DNA of 64,000 nucleotides from Felis catus (Eukaryota), in the NCBI RefSeq assembly GCF_018350175.1, contig NC_058368.1, positions 131,070,001-131,134,000 of the forward strand, given 5' to 3'. How positions within the stretch are numbered: the first letter of the stretch is position 1; each line of letters begins with the position of its first letter. This document shows, piece by piece, positions 13,929-25,797 of this stretch. A program made the translations under genes and the position numbers. Below the pieces are notes generated by a model. The model ran no database searches. It saw only the letters and a list, made by a program, of their open reading frames with translations, and was not told the DNA's origin.

Positions 13929-14001
13929 CATCTCAGTTTTACCACCTGGACCCTGCAGACACAGGTCTGCACCCCTTTAGGAGCAACCAAACCCCATTCA
14001 G
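13929..14001 (-). other. Candidate 73-nt internal exon of an unidentified minus-strand transcript
   Basis: On minus strand: acceptor tgtgtcctcttttcctttaccag| and donor ATG|gtaagc. No recognisable protein; one open frame, or a 5'UTR exon ending in ATG. Confidence 0.35.
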
Positions 14002-14105
14002 CTGGTAAAGGAAAAGAGGACACAGTCGAGAAGCAGCATCTAAAGACCAGGGCTGACATGTCTGTTTGTCCGCTAAAAAAAATTGTATGTCCACCTAGTG
14101 CCATG

Positions 14106-14108
<3 letters not shown>

Positions 14109-14158
<50 letters not shown>
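14109..14158. repeat. (CA)n microsatellite
   Basis: Direct reading, ~24 units. Confidence 0.98.
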
Positions 14159-14159
<1 letters not shown>

Positions 14160-15049
14160 TATTGCATTCCATCTTCAAAACAATCAGGTGAGGCAGGTTT
14201 TATCAACTTTATTTTAACATGGAACGGTGGATGGTAATGAAAGATCTGGAATTAAAGTCTTTTTTTTTTTTTTACTGACTCCAATTCCAGGGCTCCTGTT
14301 CCTTTGCCCTCAGCTTCTTAGAGGTATGGCTGACAGTCACAGGGAAATATATAGATTAACCTTCTTAACAAGGATGCAAGGTAGAAAAAAGAGGTTGCAT
14401 TTATATTGACAAAAAATTGAAATTATCCATTAAAGATAATTATTAAGGCTTCATAGTACCTCATGGTAAACAAATTGACTGATGTTTCCACATCTCTAAG
14501 AATTACTGCACTTTATGAAGACATCAGTTTTTAGAGAAGGGGATAATATCCCTTATTCCCTGACTGATGATAATCATAAATTCTTATTTTCTTGTCTCTT
14601 AATTAGTTTATCCTAAGTTGGCATTCCCACTTCGTTCCACGTTCTTAGTTACATAATGGGACATGTTGACGCCAAGGAAATTACTGTATTTTCATAGACC
14701 GCACCCACAGTCTAGGACAATGTTGAAAAATCAAGGTTTTGGTAACAGCAGTTAAACAAGACAGTGAGGGCATATTGAGTGCATCTCCATCACTTGTACT
14801 AGATTAAATATATATTTTTTACAGACAGTAGTCCATAGTTGAGAGCATACTCCTGTCTTCTGGTAAAGTACCCAAAGATGTTAATGTATAATATACAATT
14901 TTCTTTAACTGACTTTTCAAAAAAATGTTTGCCTATCCATTCACACTATATGACTTAACAAGAGTTTATTTACAGCCTTTGACCTGAACTGAGAGTGTTT
15001 CCTAAAGCGTGTACAATAGCTAATTTTAAACGCCTTGTGCATTATGTAT

Positions 15050-15450
15050 GGCCATGGGGTGTGCCACTCAGGTCCCTCAAGAGACCCTTCCGTGACGAGT
15101 ATGGTTGACTGACAGCCTCCAGCAGCCACATCTTGGCATCCATGGCAGCATTCACATTAGCGTCCCACTCCCACTCCCCCTAGCCAATGACTAAGCACAG
15201 GAGAATACTAGAGCTAAGACCCTCTCCAACAAACCCAAGAGTCTCCTAAGAGGCAACTTTTGCTCAGGGACCCCAAAGACCACAAGTTTCTCCAAGATGC
15301 ACAGTGGACTAAAGCCCTTCCTATCCAATCGTCTTCCTTCCCTCCCCTCCTTTAACTGGTGTGTCAGACTTACACTGTGGTCTGATGACCTGTTGGTGCT
15401 TGCTTCTGCTACCTCTCTATTCTTCAGAGCTGTTTCCTTTCATAAATGAC
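15050..15450 (+). mobile_element. Old ERVL LTR, LTR16-like
   Basis: Motifs gactgacagcctccagc, agccaatgactaagcacagg, ggcaacttttgctcaggga, gcccttcctatccaatc, gtcagacttacactgtggtctga. Confidence 0.6.
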
Positions 15451-15829
15451 TTTAACCTTTCTATCTATTGCATTTAAGTTTTACAAGTTTCACTTCTGAC
15501 GTGGACAGTATACCAAGATATTGAGATGATGTTAGAATTAGTGTCTTTTTGGCTATCTTTACGCTTGGGAGTATTAGTCAAGATGAAACAAAAGGTGCCT
15601 TTTAGTTAGAGCTCTTCCTTCCACTTGGAGTTGATGTTTTGTTTCTGATGTTCTCTATTGACATTTTTGCTTGGGTGTGCAGTTCATTATGGTCTTTTAC
15701 TGAATGACTCTGTTAGCACGGAACAGTGTAATTTGTAGTAATTTAGTCCTGGCTGTTATAAATGGAAGAACTAGGTTATAGAGGAACCTGTGGAAAACCA
15801 ACCCCTAGAAAACTAACGAAAAGGCTTCA

Positions 15830-16042
15830 GGGGCGCCTGGGTGGCTCTGTCGGTTGAGCATCCGACTTCGGCTCAGGTCATGATCTCGCGGTCTGTGAGT
15901 TTGAGCCCCGCGTCAGGCTCTGTGCTGATAGCTCGGAGCCTGGAGCCTGTTTCGGATTCTGTGTCTCCCTCTCTCTCTGAACCTCCCCCATTCATGCTCT
16001 CTCTCTCTGTCTCAAAAATAAAGGTTTAAAAAATTTTTTAAA
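15830..16042 (+). mobile_element. Can-SINE (felid type)
   Basis: GGGGCGCCTGGGTGGCTC head; TSD aaaaggcttca (15819-15829 / 16043-16053). Confidence 0.96.
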
Positions 16043-16339
16043 AAAAGGCTTCAATGGCATGCTCATCTAGCCTTTTAAAACCAGTGTTCAGGGAAAATTC
16101 TATTTTATAGCATGAGCTCAGTATTATTCCTAACAAACAGAAGTACAACTCTCCTCCAAAGCCCTACCAGTATGACTTTCAAAACTCTTGAACATTTTGA
16201 AAACTATTTTTATATGAATAAGAGCTATTTTCTCTGCACTTTTCATTTATTCTTCTAATCCAAGATCCATACATACAAGACATTCATTCAAGGGGGCAAA
16301 CTTATTCTCTCTGTAAGTATACAGATAGAGACACACATA

Positions 16340-16720
16340 CACACAAACCAAGATAATCACTGGTCTACTTTATATCATCATAGATTAGATTTCCCCTTTC
16401 TAAAGTGTTATATAAATGAAATCATGCAGTATACTCTATTTTACGACTGGCTTCTTTGGGTTGTATAATGGTTCTGAGATTTATCCATGTTGAAGAATGT
16501 ATCAGCAGTTTGCTCTTTCAATTGTTGAATGCAATTCCATTCCGTGAATACAACAAATTATTTACCCATTCACCTGCTGGTAAACATCTGACTATTATGT
16601 TTTTAGATATTATGAATAATGCTACTATAAACATTTAAGCACAAGTCCTTATGTGAATATGTTTTTTTAATTTCTCTTGCATAAATACCTAGAACTGGAA
16701 TTGCTGAGTCATAAAATAAA
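16340..16720 (-). mobile_element. Old L1M 3' fragment
   Basis: Antisense L1M motifs (tatataaatgaaatcatgcagtat, gagatttatccatgttg, ataaatacctagaactggaattgctgagtca). Confidence 0.7.
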
Positions 16721-18284
16721 TGGCTTCCTTGCTTAATTAGACAAATATACCAAGTTACTTACTTTCATGTATCTCCTAGGTCCTTCTAGATGCTTGCTAG
16801 AATACTTCCTTTAAATGTTTCCAGACAAGTTATTTTGCAATGCAGATACTGTGAGGTTTTATATGCCTGTGTATATATTTATTGTGTGTCATCATATTTT
16901 AATGATATTTTTGCTCGATATAAAATTCTAGATTCAAAGTTGTTTTCTTCAACAATTTAAAATTCTTACTCTATGGTATCTTACAGTCATTGTTGAGAAG
17001 TCAGATGGAAACCTAATCTTATTTTTACAGGTGGCCTCAACTATCTTCCTGGAAGCTTATAGTAAATTCTCTGTGTTTTGCATTATTAAATTTTAGTATA
17101 TAAGTGAACAGCATATTCAGATGTGGCTATTTCTTTAGCTTTCCTATTTTAAACCTATAAGATCTCTCAATCTCTTTTTCATTCTCTTAGCATTTATTTT
17201 ATATATATTTCATCTCTGAATTCCTCCCAGATGTTTTCTCACAGAGTTCCTAGGTTATATTCATTTTAGTACTTATTGTGTCTTAGATGTTTTTATTTTT
17301 ACCATTGTAATTGTAATTGTCACCTCGTGGCTCTTCCTTACAAATGCTTATTCCTGATTTACTTTACCAATCTTCACTTTTGTATTTTCTGGAATATTGA
17401 CTATGTTTATTACATAATTTTGATATCATACAAGTCTTGATTATCAAACAACTTTGATTAGCAGCTGCATTGTTCAAGTATTCTTTTTTTGTCCCATATG
17501 TGTTCATTTCCCTGAGGGCATTAGTAGTTTTGGTTAATAATATCCAATCAAGGGGTGGGTCAAAGACCAGTCGCTTATCAAGTGTCTTCCTGGCAGTTTT
17601 TAGGGATGGAGCACACTCCAGGACTCACTGCTCATGCCTCGTTTTGCCCTTAACCAGTCAAACCTGTTTTACATGAAACATCTCTATATGTCTACCATGG
17701 CACTGTCTTTTCTAAGGACATTTCTTCCTTTCATTTTGACCCACCCACCTTTTGGGATATGGAGGGAGGGATATCAGGGAGGAGGAAATTCTCATTATCT
17801 GGTCAATAGCCTGGTTATTTGCTCCTCACTCCAGCCAACATCTCTAACTCTTCCCTAATGTTCATAGTCCTTGTGACACCAAGCTAGTGCTGTTTTTCTG
17901 TCTTGCATTTGGCATCATGTAGACAAGGCAATCTGGGGGGAAAAATTATATAACTCAAAGATTTCTCAAAAATATGTTTTATATCTCATGAACTTATTTC
18001 TTATGAATATAATAACTAATCCCTAGGAGAGAAAGCACTCAGAGAGAAAATAAGACACTGGATCCGACATGACCCAGTACAATTCAAAGGAGAACTACAG
18101 ACCACTTCCCTCTGTCTGCTGCCATCCACCCCTCTCCTTCTGAAACGCAGGGGTTAGTAGAAAGTAGCCAACTCTGGCAGCATGGAAAACCAAATCCATC
18201 ACGCAACGCCCAAGATGATGGACAATTATTTTCCAACTTAGAAATAAGGCAGGACTTTCCTTCCCCCACCCAGATGCAGTCAGT

Positions 18285-19370
18285 ACTGCTTTTATTGCAT
18301 TCAAGACTTTTGTGGAAGCCTAGAAGAAGCTAAGTAAACTTGTTCCTTCTAGTCCCAAAGGCATTGCAAACCTTTATTTTCTGTCCCACCACAAAGGTTG
18401 GCTCCTAAATGGTGGTTCTGATGTCCTTGCCTCTTGGAGGGTCTGTGAAAATGGTTTTGGGGAGGCTGGGTTTGGAGGATAGGACATCCCAGAGGGCAGA
18501 GGGAGTTCATTTCTGTTTAGTTTGAAAAATCTGAGAGGAGTTGGCCACCACCTCCTCAGAGGGTATCTTATCATAGGTATCAAATTTAGATAAGGTCTTT
18601 CTACTTCAGAAGCTTTATTTTGATGATCACCAGAAAAACTAAAATCCCACCTTTGCAAGGGCATCACTTTGTTTTTATATGCCTGTATTAGAGGGACCAA
18701 AAGGGAAAAGTAGCAATCCTGAGTCAGGGCTGGGACATGGGAGAGGAGCAGGTACCTGGAATGTCAACCCCAAGATCAGATACCAGGCAGGTATTCTTGT
18801 CCCCAGGGCCCCACCAGAGACCTTTAGAACCAAAGGGAGACATAGTAGAGGGAAAATCTGACCCAGGGTCTGGATGACCAGCTCCCAGTGCCTTGAGGTC
18901 TCTCCCTAAGGAACTACAAGTAAAAAACTGAGACTCATGAAGAGAAAAATAAATCCATCATTTCTATAAAAATCCCTGCCCTCCCCAGGCATCTTGGTCA
19001 GCTGGGAACTACCTCCACTTCCCGATACGGCAGTTAAGCTGCTTCTTTTGGAGGCTGGCAGGCCCGAAGCTGTGGTTCTGGGCATGGCGCTCAGTTGTGG
19101 GCTCTGGCTTGGGGTTGGCAGGCACTGGGTCTGTTGAGCTGGGTCAGGGGTTTCTCCTTGGACTTGAGCCTGGGGACAGGCAGGTAGGGAGAGGCTGGCA
19201 GTTGGCAGTGCCCTCTCCAGCATGCTGGAGCTGTCCTAGGTGGGGATCTCTGGGTGGTGCTTCATTAACAGGATCATGGCCTCAGCTACAGAGCCATGGA
19301 TACACAGGACTTCGTGGCAGTTGTACTTTGTGGGCAGAAGGTTGACGATGACCAGCCAGCCTCCCTGGCT
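18285..19370 (-). pseudogene. SIRT6: Processed, 5'-truncated SIRT6 pseudogene (C-terminal CDS plus 3'UTR)
   Basis: Minus-strand translation from 19370: QGGWLVIVNLLPTKYNCHEVLCIHGSVAEAMILLMKH.PEIPT*DSSSMLERALP vs recalled human SIRT6 [56 protein letters not shown]; after frameshifts PRLKSKEKPLTQLN..PKPEPTTERHAQNHSFGPAS; ends VEVVPS* (TGA 18998-19000). The 3'UTR resembles recalled SIRT6 mRNA through to AATGCAATAAAA (AATAAA 18291-18296). Internal TAG at 19236-19238. Confidence 0.9.
18582..18716 (+). repeat. 135-bp direct repeat, copy A (inside SIRT6 pseudogene 3'UTR)
   Basis: aaatttagataagg...aaagtagcaa matches 20912-21046 with 3 mismatches by hand alignment. Confidence 0.97.
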
Positions 19371-20210
19371 CGAAGAGGGCATTTAAACCACTGGAAGGAT
19401 AGATGGAGGACCCAGAGCAGGTGCATGAAGACAAACAAGATCAGAACCCAGCTTATGTTTAGATAACCAAGAAGTGGTACAAAATAGAACTACACTCAAT
19501 GAAAAAGAAGGTTGGTGACCAGGGCCATGAGCCAAAAGGGACTTGTTCAAAGGGACTGGTATACACCCTGCAGGCTAGGTACAAGAGACCTTATCTTTTT
19601 GGTTTGGAAAATCCAGCCACCAGGTCTGTGACTGACCTTGATATTACTCTCTTGGGAAGACCAAGATGGGAGAGTAGACAGGATGGGGTGGATACTGTGG
19701 ACTTCTTGCAGGATAGCTCATACCCTACAGATGTGATTTACTTGTCAAGAAGCCATTTTCTAGAATATGGTTCTAAATCTCTTTGTTAGTTGTGAGTTCA
19801 AGGCAATCCAAAAATGGTTATTTCCCACTCTACCACCAGGCTTATAGATAATTTTATTAAATTATTAAAACATAATTTTCTTTTCCACGCCAGTGAAAAA
19901 GCCTGAGTCATTCATGCCATAGTCATCTTTGACAGTAATTATCTCACAACTAAAGAAATTGATGGTCATGTCCCAGTTACTTCCTCTACTCTTTGCCCTG
20001 GTGGCCTTAACCGTCCACCTCTGAAGAACACTTTAATTTCCTTCCACACTTCCTATTGACATTAAGCACCAAATCAGCCTGGCAGGGGGGCATATCCTCT
20101 CTCCAGCAAAGCACAGCCAGCAGCCCTCCAGCAACAGAAGCCTAGTGGAACTCGATCCTGATACTTCTGTGCTGCTATTGATCCCTATGATAAGAAGTCA
20201 CTCCTTACAC

Positions 20211-20433
20211 ATTTTTTTAAGTTTATTTATTCATTTTGAGAGAGAGGAGGAGGAGGAGGAGGAGGAGAAGGGAAGGGCAGAGAGAGAGTGGGAGGGAGGG
20301 AGAAAATCCCAAGTAGGCTCCATGTTATCAGCACAAAGCCCGACATGGGGCTCCATCCGAAGAACCCTGAGATCATGACCTGAGCTGAAATCAAGAATAG
20401 GACACTTAAATGACTGAGCCACCCAAGCACCCC
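20211..20433 (-). mobile_element. Can-SINE
   Basis: Antisense SINE ending ccacccaagcacccc; (GAG)n in CT tract; TSD aagtcact... Confidence 0.93.
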
Positions 20434-20911
20434 AAGTCACTACTTCTAAATTACATATCCCTAGCACTCTCTGCCTTACCATATTAATTTATGGAATACA
20501 AATATATCATTATCTCCACTGCCAAAGAAAAATTCGACAGGGAGGATCTAAAATGCTTTGAGAAATTCCTAATCTGCTGGCCACAACAGCATTCTAAATT
20601 CATCACTAACTTGTGTGATGAGAACCAGTATATTTAACCTCTTTGGGCTTCAATTTCTCCATCAATAAAGTGTGGATTTCTGCCAACTGTAGTACTATAT
20701 GATTTAATCCTTCTTTAAAAAAATTGTTTCCAAGGCATTTTTGTACCCACACCTAAACCTCATTCCTTTTACCTTCTGCATCACTAAGCTTTGCTCTTTT
20801 TTCTCTAATCTGATTTCAGTCTTTAATTTTTACACACTGCACAACTTCACAGCACGTTCCCCATTAGTATAAGCACAAAAATTAGCTTATACATACATGG
20901 TATAACTGTGA

Positions 20912-21046
20912 AAATTTAGATAAGGTCTTTCTACTTCAGAAGCTTTATTTTGATTATCACCAGAAAAACTAAAATCCCACCTTTGCAAGGGCATCGCTTT
21001 GTTTTTATATGCCTGTATTAAAGGGACCAAAAGGGAAAAGTAGCAA
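20912..21046 (+). repeat. 135-bp direct repeat, copy B (probable donor)
   Basis: Matches 18582-18716 with 3 mismatches. Confidence 0.97.
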
Positions 21047-21229
21047 AGGGCCTTGAGGTGCAAACTTTGGAAATGAAACTACAGGGTTTTTTTTTTTTTA
21101 ATTCTCTAAACCTGAAATTTCCAAAAGATAAATGACCTGTTAGAAAATGCTTTGCAAATAGCATTTTTTTCCATGACTGCATACTCCTACCTTCTTGATA
21201 ACAAGCTGCTAGCATTCATTTATAGTGTC

Positions 21230-21915
21230 TGAGGCAGGGGGAACAATAAGGAAAAAAAATGGGAAATAAAAAGGAACACAGTGTCATAGAGGAACTGAAA
21301 TCATTTCAGTAAGACTGGAGCACAGAGTACAAGGTGGGAAGTGCTAAGAGATGATGTCAGAGGTAATAAGCAAGGCCAGGTCATAATGAACCTTAAAAAA
21401 CCATTATAGGAGGTCAGTGGACAATGGGAAGCCACTATAGTATTTTAAGCCTGACAATAGCATGGTCGTCTTGGAGTTTCGGGGCAATCACTGTGATCTA
21501 AGTGTAGAATCTGGATCGGAGAGGGAATTGTGTGTGGGTTATAGGAGCATTAGGAAATGAGCAAGGGAGCAGAGCCAAGTGGCACTGATGGGCTGGACTA
21601 AGTATTCTTAGGGAAGATGGGTAGAAGTGAGCCCCTTGGAGAGAAGTCAGCAGGACAAGTTGATAGGACTTTGTTATTATATTTCGTGTAGGGAAAGGAA
21701 AAGAGTGAAAAATCAAGGAATTCACCTTGGCTTGGTTGAATTCACCCCGACTTAGGCGCGTGGGAGGATGATGGTGCTTTTTATTAAGTTAAGGCACACA
21801 AAAGAAAGGAATCGTATAGATGGAAGTACACAGGTGAGTTTGGGGCATTTTGAGCTTGAGATTTTGAGATACCCTTTAAGAACCTCTACAAGGTATCTGG
21901 CCAAATGTGCTCTAG
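21230..21915 (-). mobile_element. L2 fragment
   Basis: Antisense L2 motifs (aggaactgaaa..ttcagtaagactggagcacagagt, aatgggaagccact, tttggggcattttgagcttgaga). Confidence 0.65.
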
Positions 21916-23080
21916 AGTAACCAACAGGTGTTCTCTGCCATGGTCTTTCTTTCCAAATTGCATGTAAACACAGTTGTGATCCCCACAACCTAAAGCACCA
22001 TCCCCCCACCAAGTGCCACCAGAAACCTGTGCTATCCAGAAACATTGGCTGCTAACCAGACCTCTACACTACTTAACGCTGCATCATGTACATTACAGTC
22101 CTGTGACTACAATGTACCCTTCTGCCTCAAAAATAATGTTTTCAACGTAATCTCCAATCATTGGAACTTGGAACTCTGTAGCCATACGACAGAACCCCTG
22201 CAGTGTTTTCCATCCTCTGCTGACTTCTTCTTTACATCTTTGTGGTGGAGGAAATAAGAAAAACTAAAACATCCATAACTGGGTACTGGAAGGGAAGCCA
22301 ATATATTGGGTTTGTTTTTTCACAGAGTTGGGGTCTGGCTGGATCCAATTTGTGAAGCACAAACACAAAACTGGTTTGGGGCAGGATTCTTTCATTCTAT
22401 TAGGACAGCTGTAGCCCAGTAGGAAAAGTGACTGATTTCTTTAGGTCAGACCTCTCCAAGGCTGACAACCAGGCTCTCACCAGTAATATTTAAGATTTAT
22501 GTATAGAAAGGATATGAAAAAAATCCAAGAATGTACTGTGAACAGGTGACATTTATTGCTGCATTGCAATTGAATAAGCAGCCACACTGTCACAAACTAC
22601 ATTATTCTCAGAAAGAATCAATTTGCCATGAGTTATTCAGTATCTGGACATAAAATCACTAGTTATTAAACCGATAAGGGACCTTGGAGATCATCTGGCC
22701 CAATTTCCTGAGTTAGCAAATAATGAAATCGAGGCCCCAAGAGGCTAAATGCTTTGTTGAGTAGTGGTAATGCTGGGCTTAGGAACCAGAGCACCTAACT
22801 CCAGACCCATATGATTACCGCTAACCATACAGCTTCTCTATGAAATAGCTTATGCTAATCTACACAATCTATAAAAGAACCTAAAAACCTGACAGTATAT
22901 CCATCTCATTCCATACTGTATGTATTCTATCATTTTGACAAGATGAAAGCAGGAGGTTCCTACAACCATAATTTCATTGGCCAGCTGGCCCCCATCATCA
23001 TTATGAGTTGTCTAAATTCCCTTAATACCAAAACATAGAAACAAACAATCATGTTGCCAATCCACAGGGATAGTCCAGAT

Positions 23081-23270
23081 TAGTGGTTCCCAACTGGGAG
23101 CAACCTTGCCCCCAGAGGACATATCCAGAGACATTTTTACCTGTCACAACTTGAGTGTTGGCTACTGGCATCTAATGACTAGAGGCCAAGGGTGGTTGCA
23201 AACATCCAACAATGCACAAAGGGAAATATCCAGACCAAAATGTCAGTAGGGCTACGGTTGAGAAACCCTT
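23081..23270. mobile_element. hAT-Charlie MITE, MER20-like
   Basis: agtggttcccaactggg..ttgcccccagaggacat..gagacatttt..tgtcacaact..gctactggcatcta..agaggcca..ggttgagaaaccct. Confidence 0.85.
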
Positions 23271-25550
23271 GTCTACATTAATTATACAAGCAGTAGCTTA
23301 AAAGTCCTCCATCACTGGCTAGAAGGAAGAGTGCTGGTGAAAAGGTATTTTAAAAATGAAAAGTGGTAGATTGCTATCTGGGAGCAGATCAAACACATTC
23401 CATCAGGCAAATGCAGCAGCCTGGTAAAGGATAGACTCTCAAGAGGAAGTGCAGGGTAGTAACTGAAGTTATAGTGCTTCAGTTCATGTTCTCCTGGCTC
23501 TCATGTATACCTGGGCAAGGTACTCTAAGTTCCTAAGACTTAGCTGCCTCAGCTTTGATATGCATGTTAAAAAAAAATTAGTACAGTCTTCTCAGCCTAG
23601 TTGCAACAATGAAGTGGGATGGTGTGTATAAAGTGCTTATCACAATGCCTATATCTAATAAATGCTTAAAAGGGGCTATAGTTGTCCCCAAATTTAGAGC
23701 TTGAGAGAATTTTTTGTTGAATCCGATGCTCCCATTTTACAGCTGACAAAACAAGTCCCAGAAAGGTGTAAATATAATATCTTGTATTTTCCCACCATTC
23801 CATAGAAGGCATAGACAGGAGACATTCCATAAATGTTGGTTTTCTTTGTCACTAAGTTCTCAACAACTCAAGAAAGGCAAAGAAAAAAACAACAACAACA
23901 ACATTGTGGATATTGTCATCCCCTTTCACAAATGGGCAACTGAGCTCAAACATTAAGTATCTTACCTAAGGCTATCTTTTGGTAATGAACCTATCTAGAT
24001 GATCCTCAGTCTGTGAGCTAAGTGCTCATTTACTAATGCCACAGCGGGACAAGTCTGAAATCATCTCAGTTTCCTTTTTCAAGCCTTTGGCCTTAATTTG
24101 GTTATTTAGATCAGATTCATTTTCTCCTCAAAGTAGATGTTTCCAAATGAAATTTGATTAATCAATTGCTGGCAGCATAAACCGTTCATAGGCACTAGCT
24201 CAGGCAGGGCCCAGTCAAAAATGCATCTTCTTCACAATGAAGCAAATTAATCCACCAGCTATAATGAACCTTGTACCAATCTATGGAAATTGATCAAGAA
24301 TAATAGAATATCATTTCCTTGTAGGGGTTCTAGATTAGTGATGTCTTTGAAAGGGAATCTATGAAGCAGTTCAAGACCTTCTATACATGTGATACACCCT
24401 GTGTCATTCTCCAAACTCAGTGTGGGGCAAAATTTATCTGGAACCCACAGACAGGAGCTATGGGAACCCAGGTCAAATGATATAAAGTCTTTAATCTTAA
24501 GGGAAAGTAACAGGCACTGCCTACTCTATTCCATTTCAGGCATATAAGAAGGGGCAGAGTTGGTGACTGTAAAAGGTGGGACTCGGGAGTTACATTTCTT
24601 CCCAGTTGGGAGGGAAAAGAAAACATCCTAGAGAGGCCTCGGGATAAGACTTGAAGGCTGTATGTCCCCTGGGAGCCTGTTCTTTGCTTTGTTGACAACT
24701 TTGCTGAAGTGCCATGATCCCTCTGACATTCTTGCCTCTAAAAGAACAAAAGACTAGCCCTTCCAATAGCTGACATGTCACATGCCTTGGGGATCCAGCC
24801 AGTCTAAAGCCATCATACAGGCAGGAAATCAAGAGAAAACATATATCTACCACACTATTCCCCCTACCTTCTGACTTTCTACCAGGGCTCCTCATTGACA
24901 GAACTAGGGCACAAGTGACTCCAAGGATGCAATTCATACCTGTCAACCTCTTGGAGGCAGACAGCAACATGGCAAAGAATGGAGATCCCAATTGGAGACA
25001 GAGGATATCTGGTGCATTTGCCTTGACCACTAAGTCTCTGGCCCTTTTCACTGTGAGTACAATGGTCAGGACTGTACTCTTTAGAGGTCTTTGGATTGTT
25101 AGAACCCAGTGTGAAACCAGCCATCTGTATGGTCCTAGACACATTATACTACCTCCCCAAGCCTGTTTCTACATCTGAAAAAAGAAAATTATATTCCAGG
25201 CACTGCTCTGGAGTTTTAGGTATTTATAGATATTTACTCAGTTAAGGATTACAACAAACACTGTTACTACTAAATATCACTTTATAGATGAGAAAGTAGA
25301 CACAGAAAGTTTAGGACATATGCCTAACCTCACACAGCTAATGTAATAAGCAACATAGCCAGAATTTAAATTCAGGGATGTCAGCTCTAAAATCCAGACA
25401 TCTAAGCATATGCCATGATGCATGTCAGGAATGCTAATATTAACTGTTTCATGGAGTTGTGTAATAAATAAAACAAGCACATGTAAAGCAGTTGGTACTT
25501 AACATTTAGGAGGTTATCAAGATATATTTCCTAAAACGAATCCTGTAATA

Positions 25551-25582
25551 TTTTTTGAAATTTTTTTTAATCTTTATTTATT

Positions 25583-25630
<48 letters not shown>

Positions 25631-25797
25631 CGCACGCAGGGGAGGAACAGAGACAGAAGAAGACATAGAATTTGAACCAGACTTCAGGCTCTGAGCTGTC
25701 AGCACAGAGCGCAATGCAGGGCTTGAACTCACAAACCATGAGATCATGACCTGAGCCGAAGTCAGATGCTTAACCAATTGAGCCACCCAGGCACCCC
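25551..25797 (-). mobile_element. Can-SINE (felid type)
   Basis: Antisense SINE ending ccacccaggcacccc, long (GA)n tract. Confidence 0.95.

Noticed and set aside
18906..19223. 105-aa ORF (MLERALP...) as a functional SIRT6-derived peptide
   Set aside because: Only the first ~7 residues are in the SIRT6 frame; the rest is frameshifted and runs into UTR; no sign of constraint.
19215..19230. 16-bp perfect palindrome ctccagcatgctggag
   Set aside because: Lies within the pseudogene CDS and is a few substitutions from the parental sequence; no support for function.
19371..19800. 5' extension or twin-priming inversion of the SIRT6 retrocopy
   Set aside because: Only weak gapped similarity to ~19425 and no recognisable inverted SIRT6 segment on the plus strand.
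18582..21046. The 135-bp direct repeats as LTRs or TSDs of a 2.5-kb element
   Set aside because: No TG..CA ends, PBS or PPT; far too long for a TSD; SIRT6-like UTR continues outside copy A.
24590..25144. 184-aa minus-strand ORF
   Set aside because: No recognisable domain, starts in a MIR-like remnant, composition unlike real protein.
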